Assembly: GCA_043228905.1 (NCBI GenBank)
Contig: JBHGNT010000001.1
Span: forward strand, 8,742,001 to 8,806,000
Source: Azolla caroliniana
Lineage: Eukaryota > Plantae > Polypodiophyta
Length of the DNA: 64,000 bases
Direction of reading: 5' to 3'
The notes below the pieces were generated by a model, which made no database searches, was not told the origin of the DNA, and was given only the letters and a program-made list of their open reading frames with translations. Of the stretch, positions 37,086-51,175 are shown piece by piece (position 1 is the stretch's first letter; each line of letters starts with the position of its first letter). Both the position numbers and the translations under genes were made by a program.

Positions 37086-39208
37086 AAATCCTCTCGGCTT
37101 TCGCCCCCGAGGGTCTCACGGTTCCGCTCATGGTTCGGTCTCACCGTCAAGAACTGGACCGAGTGACGCCCATCCTGGCTCTTGACCCTTGCATAGGCCG
37201 AGCCGTTGTCCAGCACCTTGGTCTCCATCCGTGTTGTCGTTATGTACGGTTCTCCTAGTATAACCGGATGTGAGGACGTCTCCTGCACGAAGAAGTGTTG
37301 GTCAATCTCGACATCGCCGATCTTTACTCGTACATTCGGGCAGGCTCCATGCAGTTCTTCGGTGGCACGCGTCGCTATCCGTATTTTCCACCCGTGCTTG
37401 GTGTTGATCGGCCATTTCCCCTTCTTGTAGAAGTCCATGGACATCAAATTGATTTCTGAACCGTGGTCGACCAACGCCACCACCGGTTCATGAACATCTC
37501 CGATCTTCACGGGGGTCTCCGTGGTCGCTCTGGCCCAGTGCGGCCTCGAATAGTGGCTCTCCGCCAACTCATCTTCCCGCACCATGTCCTCTATGTGCGT
37601 CGTCCGCACCTCCACCGGCTTCTCCGGTTCTGTCTCTGTCGACAACCTCTTCCTCTTCACCAAGTCTACGATGGAGTCCTGGAACTCCTTCTTGGCGATC
37701 CCGAGCACTTCCCTCAGCGACAGTTCCACCTTGCTGTCGAGGATTCGCTCTTCCAAGACCTTTCGTAGGTCCGTGGATCTTTCGATTTTTGTGCCCAGCC
37801 AGTACCCGCCCCTCTTGGGATTATCCTGGGCGCCGGTTACACCGGCCTCATTCCGCCTTTGCCCAAATCGAGTTTCATATCGTTGCGAGGGCCCGGCCCC
37901 TCCGGTTTTCCCTACCCACTTGTCCTCCACCAGAGCCTCGTAGTTTTGACAAGCGGCTTCGACGAAGCCCGTCTTTTCTTCTACCGAGTCACTCCACCCG
38001 ATTACCTCCCGGACCCGTTTTTCCGCGCGGTCCGCCTCTTCTTTCCTTAGTCGTGCGCCAGCGAGGCCTTCTAGCATCGTCGGCCAAAACCCGGCTTGGT
38101 TCGTCTTTGGGGCCTCGCCACCTCCGACCCGAATACCAACTGACGCCGAGTAGTGGACAGTCTCCGCGTGACGAGCCGCCGCCTCCTCCATCAGCCTTTT
38201 CATACCTCCTCGCCCGAAGTTCAGGTCCAGGGCCCTTCAGGTCTCGCTAGCGTGCACTCGACCGTTCCACAAGTACACCACGTTGCTTCTCATCACCTCG
38301 GCGAAGTTCCCGCAGTCCTTCCGGATGTGGCCAACCGCGTCACACCACATGCACCTGTTTCCAGCCAGAGGTCGTCGGTCACGGCCCTGGTCGCCACTGT
38401 CCCTCCGTGCTTGGGCGATTTGGAGATCCTTTACCATCCGCGTCAGTTCCTCCAGAGCTGCTCCCCCGGACGAGCCCTTGACCATGCCGGTCGAAGCCGA
38501 TCCGGTCTCGAGCCAATCTCGGGTCTCTTCCCTTCGCGTTGGTGGTGTTGGCTCGAGCTTCCTTGCTGCGACAGAGCCCGCCCCTATCGATCCTTTGTCA
38601 ACCCATTCCCGCTGTTTGTCAAAACGGCCACAGACCCTCTTCACCACGGCCCAGTCAGCTATCAGCCCGTCATCAGTCTCCAATAGGAGGCCTACTTGCT
38701 CCCGATCCCGCTCGTCAACTGACTTAACAAACAATAGGACACGACTTGTGTCCAAAATGGTCTGGTCAAGTACCGAGAGGCGCGCAAAGCGTTCCTCAAA
38801 CTCCCGGAGGAGCACTGACGCGTTCCTTCCTTTGTTGGGGGTCTCCACCCACTCCATGAAGTCCCGCTTCGAAAGTCGAAGCACATCTTGAAGCCCGTAT
38901 TTTTCGAGGAGCCGACCTTCGAACTCCTCCCAGGTCCGACTCTCGGCCCGTACCTCGAGCACCTCCGTATGGATGCCCGGCATCGCCACTCGAGGGAATC
39001 CGACTAGACGACTCTCTTCTGGAATGTCCCTCATTACCATCTCAGCTCGGTAGGACACCAAGTAGCTCGTGGCATCCTTCCCACTAAACCGGCCGATCGT
39101 ACCGACAACCGCCTCGATAGCCCTATCAAGGGCGTCGGTGCCTTCGCGCGCACTCACTATACGGTCCACAGCCGAAGCCATGGCTTATGCGAGGTCCGAC
39201 CCCCTCAT
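37082..39208 (-). pseudogene. Family-G gag-protease ORF of G1, with nonsense mutations
   Basis: Aligns with 24851-26978; CMWCDAVGHIRKDC; ALVDHGSEIN...ILGEPY; ends REDF*. Confidence 0.92.
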
Positions 39209-42200
39209 CTTCTACTCCTCTGCCGCCTGTTCACATCGGGTTCACCAAAAGATGTCGCGTTATTACGCGCGTGCGTGGAGAACAAGGCGGGACCAATGGG
39301 GTCTTGGACCGAGGAATAGGTGAGAAAAGGGGGGAGAAAGAGAGAGACGCTCACACACGTATAGACAAAGAAGTGCATGGGGACGCGGCCCAACAACACA
39401 GGAGACACGAGTTGAGAACACTAGCGTATGTATATAAAATATGTATGTATTTGTATGTATGCAGATGACTCAAACGGTTACAGCCGATCAGGTCGGCGAG
39501 ATGGATGTTGACGCCTGATCACCCACGCACACAGGGGAGCAAGATGGAGATTCTGCCGGAAGCACACGGGCGTTCCGAAGAAGAGCTCGGTCCCAGTCCG
39601 ACAGCACTTCGTCCCCTCTAGCGCGCGATATATCTCTCCCCCCCCCCCCCCGTCTCCCTCTCTTTTATAGCTCAAGGAGGGAGACCGTTTCACCCGTTTA
39701 CATCACATTAATTCTCTCTATAGAATATTGTTGCCTAGGATTCGACTTTTGTGCCTACCTATCTACTATACAACAAAGGGGTGTGCCCACGTGTAAGGGC
39801 CGGTTCACACACGCTATACACGGTTTGTGCCTGGGGACGGTTTTCTTCACGACAACGTGATAAACAGATCACCCTGAGTACCCTTGGACGGAGACTCACC
39901 GCAGAAAGTATGGACTGGTAAGGATGTGTCTTACCGGCATCTGAAGGTGTTCGGGTGTCTCGCTTATGTACAAGTGGCAAAGGACCGGAGAGCAAAGTTG
40001 GACCCAAAGTCCCGGCCTTGCATATTCCTCAGATACGGCGATGATGAGTTCGGCTACCAAGTGTGGGATCCGATCGACAAGAAGGTTTTCCGGAGTCAAG
40101 ATATTATCTTCATGGAGGACAAGACCCTTGCCGACTGGGAGTCGGAGAAGAAGATAATGAACTCTGAGTCGACTGGTAAGAATCGATTCGATGATGTGCA
40201 GACCCAACCGACAAAGAGCCGGTTAACACTCGAAGAACCGGCCGGTTTCGGAGACAACACCGAACCGGCAGAAGAAGAAGAAGAAAAAGTTGAAACTGGA
40301 ACCGGCCAATACCCCGAATCGGATTCGAATGAAGAACAAACAGAGGAGCCGGTTGCCGAAAGCCAAAGACGAAGATATCCTCTCAGAGAGAGAAGGCCCC
40401 CCCGGAGATTTCCGGATGCAGAGCGTGTGTTGCTAACCGATGAGGGGGAGCCGGAAAGCTTCGAAGAAGCAAAGGAGGACACCCACACCCGCAAGTGGTT
40501 GAGTGCCATGCAGGACGAAATTGATTCCCTGCATGAGAACCACAGGTATGAATTGGTGGAGTTGCCGAAAGGAAAGAGGGCACTCCGAAACAAGTGGGTG
40601 TACAAGTTGAAACCGGGAGATGCCGGCAAAACCCCAAGATACAAAGCTAGGATTGTGGTGAAGGGGTTCCAGTAGAAGAAGAGCATGGACCTTGAGGTAG
40701 AGCAACTACACGTGAAGACGACGTTCCTTCATGGCGACCTCGAAGAAAGGATTTGTGAAGAAAGGGAAGGAGCACTTGGTTTGCCGGTTGAAGAAGAGCC
40801 TCTACGGTTTGAAGCAGGCTCCCCGGCAATGGTACCGGAAGTTCGACTCCTTCATGACCGACCAAGGGTACCACAAGACGCAGGCCGATCACTGCGTATT
40901 TGTGAAGAAATACAACGGAAGAGACTTCATGATACTGCTCCTATATGTGGACGACATGTTGATCGTCGGACAGGACCAAGCAAAGATTCGGATGTTGAAG
41001 AAGGCCCTTAACCGGACCTTCTCAATGAAAGACTTGGGTCCGGCAAGACAGATACTGGGGATGCATATCATCTGGGACCGGTCAAAGAAGCAATTGTGGC
41101 TGTCACAGGAGAAGTATGTGACAAAGGTGCTTCAGCGGTTCAACATGTTAGATGTTAAACCAGTCAGATCGACACTCCCGGCAAAGTGCAGGTTATCCGG
41201 TAAGCAAAGCCTGAAGACGAAGCCAGAGAAGGCGGATATGATGAAGATACCATATGCCTCTGCCGTCGGGAGCTTAATGTACGCAATGGTGTGTACCCGA
41301 CCGGATATCGGATACGCAGTCGGAGTGGTAAGCCGGTTTATGAGCAATCCCGGCAAGGAGCACTGGAATGTGGTAAAATGGATACTCCGGTACTTGAAAG
41401 GCACTTGAAGTATGTGTCTCCGATTCGGCTCCGGTAAACCCCAACTTGACGGTTTCACAGATTCGGATATGTCGGCTGATGTAGATACCAACCGGTCAAC
41501 ATCTGGATACGTCATGACATATGCAGGGGGAGCTGTTTCGTGGCAATCGAGGCTGCAGAAGATGGTTGCATTGTCAACCATGGAGGCGGAGTACATGGCA
41601 GTTGTGGAAGCCGGCAAGGAAATATTATGGATGAAGGACTTCATCGAAGAGCTAGGGATCCGACAAGAGGAATAGCAACTCTAATGCAATAGTCAGAGTG
41701 CCATCCACCTTGCGAAGAACGCGGCGTATCATTCCAGGACAAAGCACATCCAGCGGAGGTACCACTGGATCCGAGAGCGAGTGGAAGATTGAGAGTTCGT
41801 GCTGACGAAGATCCACACGGAGGAGAACGGGTCAGACATGTTGACTAAGGTGCTGGCACTCGACAAGCTAGACGCATGCCGGAAGCGGATCGGACTGACG
41901 AGGCATCCCATGCCGGAGTGAAGGGGGAGTTTGTTAGGATTTCGATCCCTCCGGATGGGATATGAGTACCCGGCAAGGAAAACTGGGTGAGAACCGGATG
42001 ACGTAGACCCGGTGAGAACCTCTCATCGGATGAAGGGACATATATGTAAATATGTCTTTGTTAGCCCATTGTAGCTACATTTGTAAATAGCCCGAAAGTC
42101 ATATTAGTATAAATATAACCTAGGGAAAACTCTTGGAGTTGTTGTCATTATTTTGTATAGAGTTATTGGTGTAACTACTATACAATGCGTTGTAGAGCGA

Positions 42201-43884
42201 AAGAGAGAAAGAGAGGGAGAGAGATAGAGTGTGTCTTTGTTGTAACCGCCGCCAGGCGAAGATTGTGAGCACGAGGTTGTTGCCTCTGTGTTCCCCTGAT
42301 GTATTCCTCTTAGACATAGTGATAGTTTGGAGCTTGTGGGCTCCCGTGGTTTTTCCCATTTAGGGTTTTCCACGTAAACATACTATGTACTCTCTTTCAG
42401 TGTTTTCTTGTGTATACGTGCATCTATCTCCACATTCCCATTTCTGTGTTTGTAATTCTCAACGAAGGAATTGAAGACTTGGTTGTGGCCGAGCATAACT
42501 CCGCATAATCTCTCAAATTGTTCTTCAAATATATCTTTAAATATCATGGCATGCCTACGGCTATCGTATCAGATAGGGATCCACGTTTTACTAGTCGATT
42601 TTGGCAAGAACTATTCAAATTGTTGGACACACAACTTCGAATGTCTTCGACGGCTCATCCCCAAACTGATGGCCAAACGGAAAGGGTAAATCAGAGTCTT
42701 GAAGACTACATTCGTTGTTATGTGCAGGTGGATCAAAAAGATTGGGTGGATCATATCAATATGCTGGAATTTTGTTAAAACTCCTCTAAATATTTTGCCA
42801 CTGGGTTTTCTCCTTTTGAATTAGCTACAGGGAAGCAAGTTCTTACTCCATTGGCTTTGGTCTCTCATGTTGTTCGAGATAAAATTAAAGAGCCCAATGT
42901 CGATCTTTTTCTAGCACATTGGCAAGCAACAATGTGGGTTGCACAACAAGGATTACAACAATCAAAGGAACGAATGGTTCGGGCAGCTAACAAAAAACGT
43001 CAACACATCGAATTTTTCAAAGGTGACTTGGTCCTCGTTAGTGCCGTTCATTGGCCTTTACCTAGACGACTCTCACCTAAATTTAACCATTGTTTTTATG
43101 GGCCATATGAAGTGCTACAAAGTTTTAATGGAGTCACTTACAAGCTCAAATTACCTAGTTCTGTCAAGGTGCATGATACATTTCATGTAAGTTTGCTTAA
43201 GAGATTTCATGCAGATAAACATTGGAGTCGGAAAACTAACCTAAGTGAGGAAGCTGAAAAACCTGAAGCAATCTTAAAACAACAAGTGTGCAATGGAAAC
43301 ACGAAATTTTTGATCAAGTGCAAAGGGCAACCACTTTCGGAAGCCACATGGATCTCTGAAGAAAGTTTGTTTCGTTCGGATCCCTCATTCTTGTTCGGGT
43401 ACCCTAGCTCTAATTAGTGCTACAATGGCAAGGTTTTAGACACTGCCTACGGTATTAGTATGGTAAGACCACCTTTGTCATTGTCCTTTGTTCCTTTTTT
43501 CTTTTATTTACTTATGGACTTAGCAAGTCATGTTATTGTACTAGTGTTTTAGTTTCGAGGGCGAAACTCTTCACCTTGTGGGAGAGTGTTATGTTATGGA
43601 GTAGTTAGAAGTAGATAAATTAGGGGAAGATTGGTTGGGATCAACTAGAGAAATTAGTGGTCAAGTAGCTAGAGAAATTTGTGGTGAAGTAGTTGAGCCC
43701 ATGGGTATTTAAGTAGGTTGTGTGCATAAAGAAGGGCAAGCTGGTTTTTGGGAAATTAGGGGGATACCCCCAATGTAATACCTTCTCTTTAATATAGAAA
43801 ATACTCTTTCTTCTTATTGAACTGAATACCCCTTGTCTAGAATTCTTTCTCTCTCTTTCCAGTGCTTTGTAAAAGTGAGAGTGT

Positions 43885-44200
43885 TATTCCTCGTAAGGAA
43901 TAATTTTGGGAGTAAGTGTAGGATGCTCATTTATGAGCGTTAAGTACTGTAAGTACTTGTGTTAGCCCAATAGTCAAGGCTTGTATAAAAGGTGCTCACT
44001 GAGCACGAATTATGTACAGAGAACGTAGAGCAAACATACTGAGAATTATTTTGAATATAGTTTTGTATTTTCTGCTCTCTTTCTCTCTCTGCCTCTCCCT
44101 CTCTTTCTCTATGGTTTCTGTGTTCTACCGAATTGTCGTACTACCGAACCGTGTACTCTGTGTTCTTACGCATACGCTTCCGCACACGTATTCTTTTACA
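43885..44200 (+). repeat. Partial LTR related to 44371-44813 and 62050-62504
   Basis: Shares TATTCCTCGTAAG, GCTCATTTATGAGC, TATAAAA-GTGCTCACTGAGCAC and GCTTCCGCA; ends TTTTACA. Confidence 0.8.
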
Positions 44201-44360
44201 CCGACCGAGGAGGTCGAGGAGCACAAAACCAGATGGGCCACGGAAGGAGGAACCGGACTAGACAAGGAGCGCGAGCGAGGCGGGAGGACGCTAGAAGGAG
44301 CCAAATGAAAGACATGGCTACCCCAGACACTAACACCATGATCCGACCTCAAGTTGAGCT

Positions 44361-44813
44361 TGAGGGGGAGTGTTGAGCGAGCAAGCTCAACCGGATCCAG
44401 ATTGGCTTGATAAGCCAAAACCAGATCGGTGTCTGGATAGTATCCGGAACGAGGAGCCGAATCAGGATTGGTGAGCCGGATCAGAGAACCGGACCCACGT
44501 GTGTACCGGTAGGCTGTTTAGAGGTCTACGCTTCTAGACTACTAGGTAGTCATGGTCCTCGTAGTTAGTGTCAGCCGCTTGTATGAGCATTGAAGTACAT
44601 AGTACTTCTGCCGGTTCCTTGTAGACTTGTATAAAAAAGTGCTCACTAAGCACATCCTATGTACAGAGTGTTATTATTTTGAATTTAGTTTCATGCTTTC
44701 TGTTCTCTTTGTGTATTCTTTGTTCTCAAGCTTCCATTAAACCTTCATTCTCTGTTTTCTGTTGTTATACGAATAAACCGGTTTGTCAAAGCTTCCGCAT
44801 ATTAACTTTGACA
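44361..44813 (+). repeat. PPT (TGAGGGGGAG) + 3' LTR 44371-44813 of a copia-type element
   Basis: TGTTGAG...TTTGACA; homologous to the solo LTR at 62050. Confidence 0.85.
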
Positions 44814-47800
44814 ATAGCTTATCCAAATGCCCTTCTATCGGCCAACACCCTTTCCTCAGTGTGATCTCACTCGACTTGGGGTCAATCATCATATCCTTTC
44901 CATTTTTTGCAATTAGCCTGATTAGCCTTTTAGTTTGATAGGGTAGCTACTCACATAATGACATTCCATGTTCTATTTTGAAGCAACATGCCTCATTATA
45001 TCTTGCTTTCATTCCCTTAATTCCACTTAGATAGTTTCTAGCATCTATATAGTCCCGTCCATTCAATTTCGGGAGTAATTATATCTTCATCTTCCAAGGC
45101 TTGCCTGCTATGTGCAATGGCATCCATGATTCTCTTGAGCATGCTTTTACCCTTGCTTATCCTCCATATCCTCGCCTTTTGACTGCCCACATCATTAGAC
45201 ATAAATCTCTTTCAGTCAGTTAACGCATTCCCTTGGGCATTGATTAAGTTGGCCCATTTGAAGCATGCTTTTTGTCCTGTCATCAGCCCATCGACATCTC
45301 TGATCAGTGGGTTCCACACAATAGGCATGTACATTGGGGCATATGCATCGTTTCTCCACTTGCATGTGATCCCCTTTCTAATTCCTTGCCACACCTTCAT
45401 AATTCCAGCAACACATACTTTGCATACATCCCCAACATTTGGGTCGCATTTTTGACACAAATCCCCAAAAAGGGTTGCTTAGCCAACTTTCACCTTGTCT
45501 CAACAACCACATCTTCCATCTGCGTCTCCACTCCATAGAAATTCATTGAAATGCATATTGTCCATCACCAACCTAATGAATGAAAACATGTATGATCCAC
45601 ATTTGTCTAGCCATAAGCATTTAAGCCTATATTTTAACCTAGCACAAATTGTTGGTTATTTTGTTCAACGGGATGTCAAATTTCCCTAATCAACATGGCT
45701 TAATGATCGGCTACTATTTATAAGTACCGTTGTTAAGGCTCCTTTGGTTGGATTCACATTAATTTGATTTAAAAACATAAATACTTTACCTTTTATTAGT
45801 TGTTCCTCGCATTGCATTGCACAATCACCGATATTTGGTTACACTATTTTCTCCTCTTCACATGAGTACCAAATCAAACCCATTTGTTCAATGTGTAATT
45901 ATGGAACAATAATGTCTTCTATCTTGATGCTACACTTGCATAAGATATGCTTGTCATGATGAGACATACATGTTTCATGCAATAGTGGAATGATAACCCG
46001 TCATTAGTCATGATGGGGGGTGCACCTTGCATTGAAACTTACGATGTGGTGATGAGATTGTGCAAGCATAGTCAAGCTATTGTTACAAATGCACAACTTG
46101 GGAAAATAAACGACGACAACTATAACACGAGAAGAAAGACTAATAATCTAGTATAATTAAGATAGAAATGTTAAGTTTAAGTACATGTATAGATTCACCA
46201 TTGGATAAAATATGCCTTTATTGATAAGGAGCTCCTTCCCTATATGTTCATAGATAGTATTCCAATTTTGATCAATCAATCTCCCAATAACTTGTGGTGC
46301 TTTTTGACATATATATGATATATCTAACTTAACGATTTGTATCAAACTAATAATACATACATACATACATATATATATTACATTTTTTAAATATACTTGC
46401 TTCCCATACTTAAGCACATGAATCCTTTAAAATTTTCAACTTGTTTCTCTATATGTAAAAAATACATGCATGACAATTGGATCTAGTAAACATTCATTGT
46501 GAATTGCTACTTTGTTCATAACTTAGAGCGGATGTGCACATTGACCTTATTGTTAGAATTTCATTATTCTTGCACCTTCATTGAAGATATGACAAGGTTG
46601 GGCACTCTAAAAATTGATCAAATATTTCTAATGCTTTTTCTTGTGCACCAAATTTAAAATATATGTCAACTAGTGCCACCAAATTTTAATGAGCATGGAA
46701 ATGCTCAATGTGCAACAACAACGACAACAACTTCAGAAATAACTCAAACGTATGTAATGAGAACTATTTCAATTCTTGATCAAATGATGCAATGCTTGTA
46801 CATATTTGACATTAGTACAAAGGTTTATGCGAGACAAGTGAATACTCGATGCATGACAAGACTCAATTGTATACGAAAGATGAATATATCCTATCTTGGA
46901 TGAATCTCTCTATTAGTGCTAACTCAAGGTTCTTATTTATTGTACTCATGATAGGTATTAGGAAGATTAGAGAAATTCCAAAAAGACAAAATAAATTTAT
47001 AGAAACTTATGAGATTATACAACTTTTTTTTTTCAAAATAAATTATTCTTCATTTGTAGAACTTCTACATACATGATGAAATGATTAGGCTAAAAACATT
47101 ACAATGGCTCTAGCCATGATGACCTACAACAAACCACAAAGAAGCAGAGTGAAAGACTAAAAAGAATGACATTGGACATCCTATATGTAATGAACGTCTA
47201 GCAAAAGCCCTTTTGAGGATGATTCATCCCGACCTTCTTCAATCGAACAATCAACACAAACGGGTGCATTCAAATTAGCTGAAGAATTCTCTACACTTTG
47301 GAAGGAATGGATATCCTCTGAATGTTCCTTAATTTTACTTTAAGAAGGAAGAGCTTTACTTAAATTCTCCACGCAAGAATCTGTGCTAAAAATATTTTTA
47401 GCCACTACATTAGACTCAATTTGTCTATCATTTCGGCCAGTTAATGATACACATTGAGTTGTCACCTTCAACATGCTTGGCAAATTTCTATACTTCAACG
47501 CTTGCTTCAATCGTTGCATTTCTAGACACCGAACTTTCCATGATGCCCGTGCAGTTGTTTTCTTCAACATGTGTATACTGCAAGCTATTATTTTGTTGAA
47601 GAAAGAAAGTATAATCTTGGGTTGCATTTTGAAATAGGTTCATAGATTTAGATTTAATGTCTTCACTACCTTCTACAATGATACATGCTTCAACTTCAGC
47701 ATCAAACTCTTCTTTAGATTCCTTACTCACATCAAACATCACAACCAAGTATGTAGGCTCACCAAAAGGCATTATATCCTCATTGAGATTATACAACATT

Positions 47801-47957
47801 TTGGGAGCTTCCATGATGATAAAGATGTATGCATATTTATTGTCAATGTTCAAAATATTTAGCAAAGACTCTTTATTTAATTTAACCCAAGTGGTGATTT
47901 ATATTAGATAAGTCATTAATGTTTTCTAATAGGGATAAAAAATAATTTGTTGTCTCA

Positions 47958-49995
47958 TTTTTTTTCCAAAAAAAAACACTGCTTCCCATTAGTTAGCAAA
48001 CGAAGTACATCAAAGTTCAGCCATAATCAACAAAACTCACACTACTCCACACAAAACTAAGCATAATCCCCACCCTGCTATTTACAACAAAAGGATCCCG
48101 CTAACTCTTTTTACATGGTAACCACATAATTACATCTTCTGTCCACTAATGGAAGCCAATGACAGAAACAACCATCTCGGTGCTTGGTAGTTCCATTTAG
48201 GCCCTGACGCTGAATTTACCGTCATAGGAGAACGACCCCATTTCAGCAAAAACTTTGACCGAACCCTTTCTGCTTCATCCGAGTTCCCTTCAATTGAGTT
48301 GTATCGTCCACGCAGCCAAGATACCAGCTCGAACCAAATGTTTAGCAACACTTCACTGCTTGGGAGTTTTCGTTGCTGAAAAACAAACCTACATCGTCTG
48401 GTCCAAATGTGCCAGACCAAGAAGCATGCCACCAACATCCATATCTCCTCAAAAAAACCAGAGTTTGTACCAAGTTTCACTCCAACACATTTGAATACAT
48501 TGCCACCCTGCACTATAAATCCATGACCATGTGGATTTAGTTTTTCCGCCCAGCCTTCCCTAGTTAGCTTCAAACCCTGTAAGGACCCCCACACAACTCT
48601 CCCATTCACACCGCATGCTACCACTATCCTGAGACTTCTACCCCAAATGTTGATTGCCTCTGCACAGTTCCAAAAACAGTGAGGTATCAATTCCAAAGAG
48701 TGACCACATAACTTACAACCAGCCTCCCCACCACGACACCTCATTCACTCCCCTACGGGTATCGCCTTATGACTAAGAAGCCAAAACCAAACCTTTATTT
48801 TTTCTGGCATATCCAATGCCCAAAGTCTCCTCCAAAACAACTTCAACAATTCATCTTATATGCCTTTATCCCTCCAACTATTGCGAGTCTGAGCAACGCC
48901 CACTGATTTGGAGCCAATGATTTGCCTTCCGAGCTTAGTATTATAATAATAAAAACCCTCCAGTTTGTTTGTTCCCGGTTTCTGCCACCATACCTCTAGT
49001 GGATCCCACTCCAAATCATGTAGGGGCTTGTTGTCAAATAGCCATAGTTTACAACCATTATCTAGCTTCCCTGGGTCCGGGTTTACTTGCCACTTCTTAC
49101 CTTCCAACACAACCACCCCGCACTGCCAACCACTGGCCATTGTCGAACAAATCACTTAGGTTTCCCCACAAACGATACTCATTAGATGGGCACTTGCCAC
49201 GGATAATTTGTCCATCACTCTCACCTACTGAACTAACATTGTACCCTAACATGCGCCCCCATGGCAAATATTTTTTCTGTCCAAGCATCATGCCGCCTTC
49301 GCTTCTAATCCTAGGGTTCCAAAATAGCGGTTGTCGGAGTTGTTACTCCAATGTTTTCGGTTGCATTAAGACCAACCCTTCTCTTACACTTGATCAGGCC
49401 ATCATTATGGCACGTGCCACCCTGTCCTCCATGCTAGCTGGTACTTTCATCTTTAGATATAGACTGAACAACCACCACATCTTTGCCTTCCAAGGGCCGC
49501 CATTCCTTGGACACCAAAGGTTTGCTCTGTCCCTAAGAAGCATCTTCCACAATTTAGGTCCAAGTTGTAAACTTCACACAAGTAGCTTACTGAGTAAAGC
49601 CTTACTTTGGTGAACTGGATCCACCAACCCAAGTCCACCCTAGTTTTTCGCCTTGATCAAACAACTCCACGCCACTTTAGCTGATGTCATCTCGTGATCT
49701 CTACCTGACCATAGGAACCCTCTCACCTTGCCTAAATGTTTTTGATGCAAGTTTTGTCTAACACCCAACATGACACCAAGTGCCGCATGGTGGCTAACAA
49801 AATGTGGTTTACCATGACCACCCTACCTGCAAGAGAAAGCTTTACCGATGCCCATAACCGAAGCTTTTTTTTTATTTTGTCTTTCACTTGCTCAAGTTGC
49901 TGGTTTTTAGGTGTCTCAACTCCCACCAAAAAACCCAAATATTTAACAACCATTCCATTGGGGACCCATTGAAAATCAGCATTAGGGCACCAAAG
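47958..49995 (-). mobile_element. 5'-truncated L1-like LINE (ORF2 C-terminal part, zf-RVT, 3' UTR, short polyA)
   Basis: YLGFLVG, LSLAGRVVMVNHIL, GGLG, CKLCGHSLELIPHCFWNC, WHIWTRRC; TSD TTGTTGTCTCA(TTTT) at 47947 and 49996. Confidence 0.92.
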
Positions 49996-50668
49996 TTGTT
50001 GTCTCATTTTACTTGAAGACCAATACACCTCTTCAAGTGTTTTTGCAAGGCTTTCGGAGGACTATAACCAATATGGGAGTTTTTGCATAGATTGACATGG
50101 ATAACGCATTTTATGTCATTAACTAGACATTTATGCCAACTTAACATATAGACGAATCTCCTAAACTTATTGTGTTTTAAATAAGTCAAACTAGCATAAC
50201 ATGCCTCCAAACGGGTGTGCCATCTTAAAAGACACACACACACATACATATTTTATTATTGTCATCAAAAGTCAAATATCACTTATGGGATCAAAGAGAA
50301 ACATATCCACGTAGTATGTGGAGTTGGTTAATAATTCTTGATGTAAATGAATTTTACTGATGGAGGTTTGCAATTGGGAGTGCATGTTTTAATAGAGATT
50401 TTTTTTGTGGAAAGATATGTTTGACTTGAAAATTTGGGGAAGACAAAGTAGAATGCCACCAAAGGTGGAGCATTGTAATACAATGTCACATTCAAGCTCG
50501 TGAACTCGTTTGGGAGGGAAATAAGCATAGTCAAAATGTATGGGTGAAGGTGGTTTGCTTGTTTAGATAAGTTGATGGTTGTGTAGACTTGTGCCATATA
50601 TGTGTGTTGTCTAGTTTGGTACAAAGTATGTGATATAATGTGTGAAGTGTTGTCGTTTGGTGGCTACA

Positions 50669-50827
50669 CCGCTTTTTCCTGGCAAAGATTGTGTACATCA
50701 GTTCAGCTCAATCACAGAGTTGATGGGTACTCCAACATATGTTGAACTTGGCTATATACAAAGTGAGAATGCATTGCAATACATTAGAGAACTATCGGGA
50801 CATCACAAACACCACTTTTCGTCCCTT
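50669..50827 (+). pseudogene. MAP kinase gene fragment (MPK3/4/6-like, kinase subdomain X region)
   Basis: PLFPGKDCVHQFSSITELMGTPTYVELGYIQSENALQYIREL matches the plant MAPK pattern [20 protein letters not shown].P...LGF..S.NA..Y.R.L. Confidence 0.85.
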
Positions 50828-50869
50828 ATAATAATCAAAAGAGACTATTTGTCCATGGATGTGAATATC

Positions 50870-51175
50870 AGAGTTTTTTGCATGCATTTTGAAAGCTTGT
50901 GGGTGCATTAGATCCACAAACAAGGGCGAGGAGATACATTTCAATGCTAAGAGGAAAGAGCTTTTTTGAAAAAACCAACTTGTTGGAAATGCACTAGTAG
51001 ATATGATGTGAAAAGTGTTGGAAATGTGGCATGAGCAAAAGGCAATGTTTGACAAAATTCCTATAGGTGATACATTGACATGGAATACATTGTTTACAGG
51101 TTACGCGCACTAGGAGCTTTAAGAGAAGACTCTTAATGCTTTTGAGCTGATGCAACAGAAGAGAATCTCTCTTCT
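50870..51175 (+). pseudogene. PLS-class PPR gene fragment, decayed
   Basis: VGNALVDM...MFDKIPIGDTLTWNTLFTGYAH...AFELMQQ, with stops and frameshifts. Confidence 0.75.

Larger units (their letters stand above)
23620..39854 (-). mobile_element. Family-G Ty3/gypsy, full-length degenerate copy (G1): 5' LTR 39253-39854; 3' LTR split into 23620-24115 + 33417-33582
   Basis: 4-bp TSD ACGT at 23616-23619 and 39855-39858 (removal restores copia TYVIN); PBS 39230-39247; PPT 33583-33597. Confidence 0.95.
21205..42515 (+). mobile_element. Older Ty1/copia element copia-4 (coding 21785-23619 + 39859-41921), degenerate, with nested gypsy elements
   Basis: LTRs 21205-21753 and 41932-42515 (visibly diverged); TSD AATTG at 21200-21204 and 42516-42520; PBS 21757-21768; stops, frameshifts and small deletions. 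Confidence 0.96.
20879..43885 (+). mobile_element. Chromovirus (gypsy) 3' part: integrase 20879-21204 + 42521-43417 with chromodomain; PPT and partial 3' LTR from 43587
   Basis: AGHGGIHRT...CETCQ, SMDFIVDLP, VAKL|FFKYIFKYHGMP joined across copia-4, [27 protein letters not shown]...FLIKCKG...EATW. Confidence 0.92.

Noticed and set aside
43885-44813. TRIM (two LTRs 170 bp apart)
   Set aside because: No PBS after the first LTR and the two LTRs are not a matching pair; better read as nested remnants
44880-45520. hAT transposase remnant on the minus strand (APMY-AYCVEP resembling PLHAAAY.L.P)
   Set aside because: One frameshifted motif only; not supportable without a profile search
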